Part shown: in pieces, positions 48,601 through 60,000 of the stretch
How positions within the stretch are numbered: position 1 is the first letter of the stretch
How the letters are laid out: the number at the start of each line of letters is the position of its first letter
Origin: Bugula neritina
Taxonomy: Eukaryota > Animalia > Bryozoa
DNA length: 64,000 nucleotides
Reading direction: 5' to 3'
NCBI GenBank assembly: GCA_964035545.1
Contig: OZ037765.1
Span: 2,046,001-2,110,000 of the forward strand
Program-made: the position numbers and the translations under genes
The notes under the pieces: model-generated
What the model saw: the letters and a program-made list of their open reading frames with translations, nothing else
Database searches by the model: none
Told to the model about the DNA's origin: nothing

Positions 48601-51600
48601 AGCAGTTATATACATATTTGGTGGGTGAACACACGTCTCGTTTGTATGAAAATAACTACTTCTAAAACTATTAGTTTATTTAGCTTGCTTCAAATGAACA
48701 GAAAGTGGAACAGATTACAATGAGAATATCTCATGAAAAAGCATATGATACATTACTTATTGTATCGTGAAAAATATTCTTGCTGGAAAGTTGAAAGCAT
48801 GCCTACCATTTGAATTAACCAATGAGGTTTCTTGAAAGCTGGTAGCAGACGTGTTGTGAAGTAATTCTCCATATAAGGGCATAGAAGGTGCAACAGACAT
48901 GCTTGGCAGACCGGAAGCTGTGTCTACAGACATTATATATTGACTCGCAGATTACAACATGGCTCCTGAAGATTCACTCAAAACTCGCAAATCATTCACT
49001 CGAAATCCCTCACTAACACTTAAACAAATCAGTCGAAACCAACAACTAAAGGGAATAAAACCATTATGTGTATATAATATAATAAAACATAATCTAATGT
49101 AGTATGACATAACATAGTATAATATAATATAGTATAACATAACATAGTATAATATAATATAATAGAGTATAACATAGCATAGTATAATATAATATAATAG
49201 AGTATAACATAACATAGTATAATATAATATAATAGAGTATAACATAACATAGTAATATAATATAGTATAACGTAACATAGTATAATATAATATAGTATAA
49301 AAAAAGATAGTGTAGTATAATATAAAATAATATACTATAGTACAATATAGGACACCCTAATGCTATACTTCAGCTAAAATAAATAACCACTGTTAAAGTT
49401 AGTTTAATATACAGCCAATCTCCATATGTACCGTTTTGTATGCTACCAAAGAATGAGTGTAGTCTAGTTAGGAGATGAGGAACAGCTGGCTGGACTGTAG
49501 AAGAAGGGGCAGAGAGAGGATAACTTCTCTCTAAATGTCTCAGTGATCTCTCCAGACGTAAACTAGACTCTCTTCTCTCTCTATTCAACCTGCACAGGAT
49601 AAAGGGGAGAGCTCAATGTCTATATTAAGTCACACTCAGCACTTCTTAGTCATTTTAGTCTCCAATTATTAATCAATTATAAATTTTTATAAGGTTCAGC
49701 AAACAAGTTTAAAATTAAAAACAGTTTTCTAAGACAATGTGAGATGTTAACAAACGTGAATAGGCTTAGAGATAACCAATAAAATAGTAATACATAATAT
49801 ACCACGCTACCCATATCGCATATACTAGTTATCCTAATTAAATACCAGACAGAATATCCTTCACCTTTGAACTGGTGCGCCTCCAGTAGCAGCTACGCTG
49901 ACAGCCACCCTCACGGCATCATTACGAGCCCGGTGTTGCATACGGCGGTGAGACGCTGACACAGTGATGACGTTAGATGCCAGCCCTCCGTCGTGCTCTT
50001 CTCTCAGTCTATCAACGTGCCAGCTGCCAATATACCAGTACATTACACTCACCATATACACAGTTTCAGCACGTATTAATTAGTCATTCTGATACAACGG
50101 CTAGTTAGACTAGCTAAATATATTGCTAGAATACTGCATATCTTGTAACCAAGTAATAAGATCCACAAACCAAATTTTTGAAAATAATAAAAAGTTATGC
50201 GACTGAGTAAGCTCAAGTAATGAGCCACTCAAGTAATGAGCCACTCAAGTTATGAGTCACTCAAGTCACGAGCCACTCAAGTCATGAGTGAATCATTACT
50301 TGAGTGTCTCGAGTAATGATTCACTCAAGTAATGAGCCACTCAAGTCATACCTAACCCAAAGAATCAGCCATGACAGTTCTCATAAGCTAATCTGCATAA
50401 AATACATCATGCCCAATTATCCACATTGAGACAGTGACAACAAACAGTCATATGTATTGAATTATTCTCACCGTCTTTCAGGCCTACTCCTGGTTCGTTC
50501 AGAAGAATTTGAGGGGTAAGCTAAGGCGTCCCTCTCTGAACGGCGTAGTCTGTGGGGCCTACGAACCTCAACTCTGAGTATATTAATGTCAGGATCAGAT
50601 GTAGATGAGGACGACCTAAGATACAGGAAATAGATGTGTCCACGTACTGTGTTTATGCATATCAAGTGAGAGATAGCACACATAATGTATATTATATAGC
50701 ATGCATATCTTCAGGCACACAAAATAGACCAAAGGCACCACACAGCAAGTCACATGCCTTCTAACATCAAAAGTTGTGACTTTCGCTGCTGTAATGGAAA
50801 CTGACTATCTCTGTACTTTATGCTAACTAAAGTAATGCAAGACGTTGAGTAGGGGATAAATAAAACTGAAACACTTCATCCGTAAACATTTTATTCAATT
50901 TTCTGTTTTTTAATCACCTGATTGATGGATAAGTTGGGTAATTTGGTATGCTACGCTACAACTTTTTATTTCTCTTTCCACCAACCAATAGCATGCTAGT
51001 ATACAAAGAAGTCAAGCCAGTCAGCCAATAAGAACGTCTAGTACAACTTGCAAGTAGGATAAAACTCCCTTAAGATAATGCAGAAGAAACTGATCGTACC
51101 CCGGTGGATCTGTAATGTTGTTTGTAGGTCTAGAAACTGTGGAGGTAGAAGCGGCGTGAGCGGCAGCGGATTCGGAAGGAGGCTGTCGGCGTCGCCCGGC
51201 ATTCGGGTACTTGGCATACGCGTCAAAACTGACCATGTCGTAGGGACTCATGGCAAACATGTGAAACTCGTGAATGAAGTGATCTGTGTGACGCAGAGTG
51301 AAGGGGAGAATGGATTCTCTAAACACATTAGACCTGATGTCCACTCTCCTTATCTACAGAATACCACAACAATAAAAGAGTAAGACTTACTTTATATAAC
51401 AGAACATCAAAAACTAAATGGAAATTACATTTAGAACATGTCAAATAAATGAAGAAAAATTACTTGAGCTGCGAAGGATGTCAAGCGTACGTAAAAAGTT
51501 TGAAAGTAGAATCGTCTTTTAGAATCGATCCATTAATTAACAGTCATACAATTAAGATATCAAGGATATATACATGAGGTAAATATAGACAGTCAGATAA

Positions 51601-53793
51601 CAGAGTGAACAGTCTAAAAGATGTCTACAAACAGTCTAGAAATAGTCTATGAGTAAGCAGCAAGTAATCTAGAAGTAGTCTATCAGTAAGCAGCAAGTAA
51701 TCTAGAAGTAGTCTATGAGTAAGCAGCAAGTAATCTAGAAGTAGTCTATCAGTAAGCAGCAAGTAATCTAGAAGTAGTCTATCAGTAAGCAGTAAGTAAT
51801 CTAGAAGTAGTCTATGAGTAAGCAGCAGGTAATCTAGAAGTAGTCTATCAGTAAGCAGCAAGTAATCTAGAAGTAGTCTAACAGTAAGCGGCAAGTAATC
51901 TAGAAGTAGTCTATGCTAACTCACTGTACCTCGCCAAGAATGAAGTCCAACACAAACTGTACATTATCTCTGTGAGGCAGAATAGCTACCAGCTCTCTAT
52001 TTAACCACGGAACAAGTCGGTGAACACAAGCTGGGTTACGCCGGTAGAACTCAGGAGTGGTGCGTCGGTATCTAGAAGCGCCCCCTACTGGCTGTGCCCC
52101 TTCACAGTACAAACCATACGCATAGATGTACCTATAATTGTCAACCGTGAATACAGCTTTTTATTACAGTGCAGACTGTTGAAAGTAACAACAAATTTCG
52201 GCTTATAAGATTTCAAACTCAACGACCTGGTACCCACCTTCGGCGTTCAGTAGATGAAGGTCTGCGAGTGCTGCTTCTCCTTGAGCGTGAAATATCATCT
52301 CTCATTAGTCGACGCTGTCTCTCGTTCCTGTTGTAGAGAAGTTGCTGACGCTGACGTAGATACTGTAGTGACAGGTGGAAGTCCATTGATTGCCAACCGA
52401 AGGCTTCTATTGGGATGGTTGGCTCTGGCTCCTTTACTTTATGTCTGAAATGATGGCTATCTTTAGTAAATTTTAATCAATTGTTTGCTTTTTCTGTAAT
52501 TGCAGTAAAAAATAACTGCTTAAAAATACAAAAACATCGACAATAAAAACAAAGAATTTATTCTACATGACATAGACTAACAGAGAGATTTATTGAAAAA
52601 CATCAGCACAAAACTAAACTTGTTTAAAAATCAATTGAAGACATACTTTTGTAAATTTTAAATAAGAGCATGTGTATTTTGCATCCACCCAAGGAGAGGG
52701 AAGACAATATCTAAAACGAGTCTTTAAAATCTAAATAACCTTAACCTACATGATCGCCTTGCCAAACATAAACCAATATGAAGCTACACAGATTATTTAT
52801 GGTGCAATATAATATAATATAATATAACATAATATAATATAAAACTTATAACACTAGGTGAGTTTGACTATTCTGCGAATAGCAGAGCTGTGCTGAAGCT
52901 TACATCTGTTTAAAAATTCTCGGCGTAATTGAAAATATTGGATATATAACATTTTAAGTTGACATAAAACAACTTAATATTCACTCAATAAGTATATAAT
53001 ATAATATAATACAGTATTATGTACAAGTATAGGATGTATCTGACAGAGGAAAATAAATGTCTGGCAGACAGGTTAAAAGACCATTCATAAATTATTTGAA
53101 CCATGAATTTGTTTGTGTTTGAATCTTTTTCATTAAATCTTATAATTATACAAAAAGAAACGGTTGAATGTCAAAACACTATAAATTAATTTCATGCAAA
53201 ATAATTCACAAAGACTATGGATTAGGTGGTAGTAACTTACATTTCATAGGTGTTATGATCTTTGATCTTGTGAATGATTGCTTTGAACGGTTTCTTGCAC
53301 AGCGGACACTCTCTCTTGTTATTCGACCATTCCAGGAGGCATTCAAAGCAGAAAATATGGTAACAGTTATCACTGTACGCCCTATCTGTGTTGTCGTTAA
53401 ACGTGTCGAGACAGATGGGGCAGTTGTCGGGAGACGGCACCCTGGGAGGCCTTTTTGGCTCATCTATAATCACTTTTGGGGTTAACAAGCAGTAGCTCAT
53501 ATTGCAACGTAAAATTTTAATATTCTAAGCTCATATTTTATAATAACGAGCATGAAAAAATTTTGACCACAAAAATTGGCCTGAGAACTGTGAAAAAAAA
53601 CGAATTTTTTTTAAAATACTAGTATTGAAATGTTATTCTGCTAATGAAAAAGAATTGCGAATGCTAGAATATAGTACTACGAGTAGAAAATAAGTGTATG
53701 CAGATTACCCGGCTCAGGAGGAGGGGTCTTCCTCCAGACATCTTGCTGAGGGGGAGTGGGTGGTGGGGAGGTGGGCTTACAATCACTTGACAT
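45657..53793 (-). CDS. TOPORS: TOPORS-like RING E3 ubiquitin/SUMO ligase, about 852 aa. Exons 53793-53709, 53463-53241, 52444-52238, 52131-51930, 51353-51100, 50615-50472, 50023-49865, 49589-49432, 48923-48807, 48448-48239, 48012-47931, 47266-47159, 46639-46412, 46038-45657
   Basis: C3HC4 RING (CPICLD...CYHIFCFECLLEWS...CPLCKKPF); TOPORS-type blocks FYRRNPACVHRLVPWLNREL, TDHFIHEF..FA.SPYDM and SSDVIIV..KP...RTP.SLSSD; K/H-rich tail. The 14 exons sum in phase. The first exon and the low-complexity middle exons are less certain. Confidence 0.85.
46466..46565 (-). repeat. Coding 21-bp tandem repeat (RCDTPET, about 4-5 copies) in TOPORS-like exon 13
   Basis: DTPERR CDTPETR CDTPETR CDTPETR CDTPDQ in the assembled reading frame. 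Confidence 0.88.
47560..47937 (-). repeat. 44-bp donor-containing array, 9 copies (TOPORS-like intron 11)
   Basis: ACTTACT (minus strand A|GTAAGT) at 47569, 47613, 47657, 47701, 47745, 47789, 47837, 47881 and 47925; the last is the real donor. Confidence 0.96.
49070..49350. repeat. Pentamer-based low-complexity repeat (ATAAC/ATAAT/ATAGT)
   Basis: Directly visible; it produces the Y/I/L-rich spurious ORFs. Confidence 0.9.
50205..50350. repeat. 16-bp tandem repeat with an internal inverted unit forming a 19-bp hairpin
   Basis: (ACTCAAGTAATGAGCC)n; GAGTGAATCATTACTTGAG-TGT-CTCGAGTAATGATTCACTC at 50286-50326. Confidence 0.88.
51628..51915. repeat. 33-bp minisatellite, about 9 copies, starting about 15 nt from the exon 4 donor of the TOPORS-like gene
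   Basis: (AGTAAGCAGCAAGTAATCTAGAAGTAGTCTATC)n. Confidence 0.96.
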
Positions 53794-55585
53794 AATCAAC
53801 AGCTTTGACTAGTCCTAAAATACACACTCTTATCAATAGCAAGTTTATTTCTTAATTTTTTATATCTTTAAAAATTGATCATCATGAAAAAATCTCTGAA
53901 GTAGGCAGTGAATACTATACAATTACAACCAGTTTTTAAACAAATATTTATTTATTTTCAATAATTATTTTCACAACCAAAAAAATATTTCCCAACATGC
54001 TGGTTAACAATTAAACATGAAAAATCCATTAAATATTACAAAAACAGTTAAACAAGAATATAAATTATAAACAGTAACAGACTTACGGTAACGCCAGTGT
54101 TGTTATAAGTTATATTAACTATACTTAGTTCAATATATATCTAACTTCTAGCTTTAGGTAAATAAGTAATAGTAATACTAATATTAAAAACTGTAAACTT
54201 AGGCTTTACAGTTTTACTTTGAGTTTACAAATTCTTAATCACCAAAATAACTGCACGTGCAACAAATCAGTGATTCACTGCTATACCCACTGTCAACTAT
54301 CAGTGTCACTGTTGCTGTAACACAAAAAGTAACACACTCACTGTGACACTGACTGTTGCTGTTAGTGTAAGTCAAATTGCTAAACTTAATGTCAATCAAA
54401 TTCAATATCATTATGGTTATCAATATCATAGATCAAAATTATGCATTTATTTTCAACTTAAACTTCAACTTGCACACTCTTTCTGTTAACCAAATTTCTA
54501 TCAACAGGAATACTAACCATGAAATCTAATACTAATTGTATGAATAAAATTGAAAAATAAAAACAATTATAAAAATACTAATTTTATTAAATATTACATT
54601 AATACTAGATTTAAATTTAATTACAGTCATTTCAGTTGGAGTTTTAGTAAAGTTTTACTGAGTTTATTTTTAGTGATTTTAATTTAAATTGGTCGAAGAC
54701 TTATTACTATTATTCATGTTTATACTACACCAAAAATTATTATCAAACACTACTAGCACTGATCTGATGCTACTGCAACTTTAGAATAATAGTAGTAGTA
54801 GACGGATCTACTAGTACTAGCAGTGCTTAAACTTAAAGTCCATTTTTAACCAGCACCCCAAATAATGAAATGGCACTAGTAGCCTCTGATTGAGGCGGTC
54901 GCGTCTACAAGCGAATTCAATTGCTAATAATTAATGATACGATAAAATACAGCAAGAGATCTTTGTAGACTGTGCGAATCTGACTTATGTTTGAACCTCT
55001 CAATATCATAAAAACAGTATTCAATCGTATCAGTACTGTGTGCGCACTTTGTACAAGTATTTTGGGCTAAAATTACTCGAGGCAGTTGGAAATTTTTTTA
55101 ATAACAAAATTCCACAATTTGAAATACTAATAGTAATAGAACTAAAAGAACATAATATAAATATTATTAATTGTTATGATTATTATAGGTTTCATTACTA
55201 TATTTATATTATTACTACCCCAGGTTATGAATAAAATCAAAATATCCAGTATCATAATACTAATGGTAATAGTAATACTAATTTGATGCTCAATATTCTT
55301 TGGTAATTCCAAAACCTTAAACGTGAAAAAACTCAAATTGAAAAATTAATATTATTATTTAAATATTATATTTATAATTATTGTCTAATTTTATTTTTTA
55401 TTTCATCAATTTTAAATCAAATTGGCACATTTTATCAAAATAATGATGATACTCCTATTCATTATTAATATGAATAATAGTATAAGTATGAGGCCTAAGA
55501 CTACGTACACAGTTAATGTTTGATGTTAATGTTATACTTATAGTTATTGTTAATGCATGACATAAGCTAAAACTATCTAACTACT

Positions 55586-55665
55586 ACTAGTACTTCTAGT
55601 AGTACTTCTAGTAGTACTTCTAGTAGTACTTCTAGTAGTACTTCTAGTAGTACTACTAGTACTAG
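55586..55665. repeat. 12-bp tandem repeat, about 5-6 copies
   Basis: (TAGTACTTCTAG)n upstream of BBIP1. Confidence 0.9.
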
Positions 55666-55999
55666 CTTAAGCTAGCTAATCTTAATCTAATATGAAATTT
55701 TAAGGCTGATTCACAAAAAGCATGTTGAACACAGTTGAATTCATTCTGTTGAAATAAACTTCATGCAATGACAGAGCAGCTATTAAACATGAAACGCTTT
55801 GGTGCTAACAACAGTTTATCTGACTATGTTTTGTGATCTAAAGATAAGTTAGTCAATTCATCTTTGGAATTTTTTGTTGAAATCTGTTTAAAGTTGCATG
55901 AGTTTTTTTAGCGTTTATATTTTATAGCTGATATTGAAAAAAAACTTTTCAAAAAATTGTTTACCATGTTTAATTTTGTAGGTGATTTTCATTGAAAAA

Positions 56000-56429
56000 A
56001 TGGCTCAACCAAGCTCCAACAATGACATAACAGAGGTAAGTTTTCTTTAACAATGTCAACTGTTTTAAGTTATCTCAAATTTTAAATATGAGTATACTTT
56101 TGTCTAAATTTATCTCTCAAGGGTTTGTATTCTAGCTTGAATTTCACAACAGTGCACAGTGACAACATTGACAAGCATTGTAATCAGCTTATTTTCCAGT
56201 CCAGAGTATTTATTTGGCTTTAGTATCTCATGTTATAACACAGGTAATTCCACAAGCTGGTGAGTTATTTCATGAAGATGTGCCATCCAGCATTCTGTGT
56301 AAACCAAAAATTCTGCCTCTCAAGTCTGTAACTCTGGAAAAGTTGGAGAAAATGCAAAAAGAAGCTCAAGATGCTGTTATGGAGCAGGAAGCATTGGAAC
56401 GAGAACAGAGACAAAACGGCTCCTTGTGA
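56000..56429 (+). CDS. BBIP1: BBSome-interacting protein 1 (BBS18), about 73 aa. Exons 56000-56035, 56244-56429
   Basis: EVIPQAGELFHED...LCKPKILPLKSVTLEKLEKMQKEAQ is the BBIP1 core motif; phase-0 GT-AG intron; AATAAA near 56573. Confidence 0.9.
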
Positions 56430-57092
56430 TTGCTGCTTCATTTCTATATTCAGTTCTATGACATCAGTAGCTGATCAAATTAGTTACAGCATGCAATATA
56501 TTCCAATCATCAACCACTTTTTTCTAAAGTATATTACATATATAATGTTTTTCTCTGTTTTATTTTCCGTCCAATAAATGCTTGTATTGTCGGTATAACT
56601 TTATTTTTAGTCTGTTTATTTGTTGTTCTCTAGGTTTTTTATTTTTAAATGAAATATTGTATATTTGAAAACTTATACTCTTGATACTTTAGTTGTATAA
56701 ATAGATATTTGGCTGCATATCAAAGTGAATGAAGATTTGAATGTGGCAAGTGGTTTTCCGAACAAAATGTGGAATAATAATTGTTTTTTGATAATTTTAC
56801 TAAAAGCAGTTGTTGCAGCTATTCAATATTTCTTACAAATTTGCTTATGTTGTATTTGTGGACTGCATTTAGTAAATCAATGACGGCATTTACTATTTCA
56901 TTTGCCATATATGATACTGCAGTCCAATTTATATGATAGAAGTTATGCTCTCAAAAACCTCAGTTTTGAAAATAGCTTATATCATGACGGCTGTAGGCTC
57001 ACATCACTCTGGAGTCGAGAAGGTTTTAGAACGACATAGGTCCAAGACCTTCTGCTAAGATTTGCGGGTCCATCTAAATCATTTTTAAAAAA

Positions 57093-60000
57093 ATGTCTGA
57101 GGAAGAGAAACTTGCAGTTACTGAATCAACTCCGGTTGTAATTGTAAAATGGTCGGGAAAAGAGTACAATATTTCAAATGCAGATCCAGAGATCACCGTC
57201 TTAGAGCTTAAAGAGCTGATTTTCAAGGAAACAGGAGTAAAACCTGAGCGACAGAAACTTCTTGGCTTGAAGTGTAAAGGTAACAATTGTGAATTGGCCT
57301 ATCACTAATAGTAATAGTAATTCTAAAAGTAAAACTAAAAAAGTAAAAGTAAATCGCTAAATTAAATCTAAAAGTAAATAACGAATGAGCTAATTTAGTC
57401 CAAGTATTTACAATTACTTTTAGTTTTAGTAATTGTATTTACTCATAATTCATAGTCATTCATTTTCAATTAGTCATTCTGATTTCTGAAGTGAACTGTG
57501 GAAGTAAATAGACATGGTCATAGTCATAATGAAAAAAACTAAATGTCAATGTTATACAATAACACTAAGTCTAATACTAATAGTAATAGCGATACTAAAA
57601 CTAAAAGACAAGGTCAATAATTGTAATATAAAAATAGAAATAACACTAACAGTAACGGGGAATGTATGAAATTGAATCAGAATAAGAATTAATATTATAA
57701 TTATTAATAGTAGGGCCAGAGCCGATGTGAGTGATTAAGTCCTATATCAATATGACCATTAATATAAAATTGAATACAATTATACTTATGAATATAAGTA
57801 TAATTAAGGTGCAATATTATGTCATTTTCATCATCATGCTTTAGCTAGCAGGTGTAAGTTCCGACTAATTCAATTGGGGCATCTAGTTTAATCATTAATG
57901 ACTAGGGGTATGTTTCTCACTTAATACTGAGATTTCAACAATACTCTGAGTATTCAGTTTTCTTTATTTACATATTCTATATATTTCTACTAGAATTTTT
58001 CTGTTAGGGTAGAATAATAATAACTATAATAAACATATGGTTTGGTGAGAAGCAGTACTGGTTTGCTAGTCAATAAAAAATATGTTTCTGTTTTGAGCGC
58101 CATTATTTTGTATATTCTATATATACACAGTCTTTTATTTACTTTCAATTTTTTAGTGTATTTGACTTGTTTGACCAGGTCTCTTTTATATCCCTCAAAC
58201 TTGGATAAGTTCACGTCATATATTATTAAAAGTTTATTCAGAAATATTATTATTACTATTATTAATATTATTATTATTATTTCAAATAAAAGTCAGGATA
58301 AGTGGTTATCTTGTGTGCATAATACTAACTTACTCTACAGGTTATAATACTATCTTACTCAACAGGTTATAATACTAATTTACTCTACTGGTTAATATAT
58401 TATCTTACTCAACAGGCAAACCTGCTAAAGATGACAACAAATTGTTGGACACCAATGCTACCTCTACTAAAATTATGATGATGGGAACAAAAGAGGCTGA
58501 CATTGTGAGTATCTCGTGTCACTTTTAAAACAATCTCCATTTTCTTGTTTGTTCAAATGTCTTTTTGGATTTTTGTGAAGTTACAGATCTTCTGTCATGT
58601 ATAAACTTGTTGTAAACTATTGCACCATTGGATTCTATTTTTAAACTTTGTGAAGTACAGGTTATAGCTTAGTTGTTGATTTACAGAATTTATGCAATTA
58701 ACTGTTCTATCTTACATAGTTTGTTAGCTCTATGAACTTTGACCTGACCTGTTTACCATGTTAGGAATCTGCAATAAAACCACCGGATGTGATGCCGCAA
58801 GTGGTAGATGACTTCGATATCGGGGACGAAGAGGAAGTGGCAGTAGAGAACAGGTAATAAAAGCTCCTCCACTTCTCTCTAGATGTAATGATAGTCTTAC
58901 TTTGTGTCACTAAAGATTTTGTGATGTAATGGCTGTATAAATATTACCTAGAATATTTACATCCGGTCTGGCGAGGTGTTGTCTTTGTGGTAGAAGTTTT
59001 TGATAAATACTTTTCTTAAAATGAGACTCGCTGTAGCACATAATCATACCGACATATAAATGGCGGGTTTACTGTCGGTTAGCTTATCTTCATTACTCTA
59101 TGTAAGTTTAGCTGCTCTCTCTTCTAACTGTTGCATTCTATTCTAAACTTTAGAGAGGAATATCTAGCAAAGATAAGTAGAAGAGTGAAAGAGTACAAGA
59201 TAGAGGAAATCAATGCGCCCCGAGAAGGCAAACACCTTTTAGTGTTGGATATTGACTACACTTTATTTGGTAACTTTCTGTGTTATACACTTTATTTGGT
59301 AACTGTGTTGTACACAACAACAGCACAACTGGCAGCATAGCATTTTCTACTTAGTTAAGCAGCTGATGAAGACATTAACATTTTCGTCACGTATTTTCAT
59401 ACCATTCTGCTTTAATAATATCTTATCTTTGAAAATATAGGTTATTTTTGATGCTTTTGAGCTTATTGTAGAACTTTCTTTAAACAGTGTTTGAAAACCT
59501 TTACAATAATTTACAGATAATTAGTCATGAACATAAAATGAACACTTTTTATCACATGATCTTCTTTACATAAATGCATAACTAGCAAGTAAAGTTACTT
59601 TTTGTTGCACTGCATGGGATAAAAAGCACCTTTGTAGAGGTTTTTTATGAATTGAAAGCGTATCTCAGTTGATGCTGACAAAAGCATGTGTTTCAGATCA
59701 CCGGTCAGTGGCTGAGACAGCGGGGGAGTTGATGCGTCCCCACCTTCACGAGTTCCTCACTGATGCGTACAAAGATTATGATATTGTCATTTGGTGTAAG
59801 TAGAGTTGGCGTAGAGACGGTCACAACGAGCATGTAGCAAATGATAACTGGTGCAAAACTGCTTGTTGTGGTTCAAGCCTCTTCTCAGACAGTTTTAGTT
59901 TCACTCTACTTCCTTTTTTATGTGTTAAATTGTTTCTCTAATTTTTTCCTCAGGTTTAATTGTTTACAGATAACCAAATACTAAGTGTTTTAATTAGAGT

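Noticed and set aside
48952-49345. Three Y/I/L-rich ORFs
   Set aside because: Translations of a pentamer low-complexity repeat. A small exon-like segment near 48955-49012 does not fit the reading phase of the TOPORS model.
51625-51894. Leucine-rich repeat-like ORF (LLLDYLLLTDR)n
   Set aside because: Translation of an intronic 33-bp minisatellite.
53464-53741. Alternative TOPORS starts at ATG 53741 or 53500
   Set aside because: ATG 53793 with a phase-1 join to 53463 gives a cleaner Pro-rich N-terminus and acceptor; the alternatives are not excluded without RNA data.
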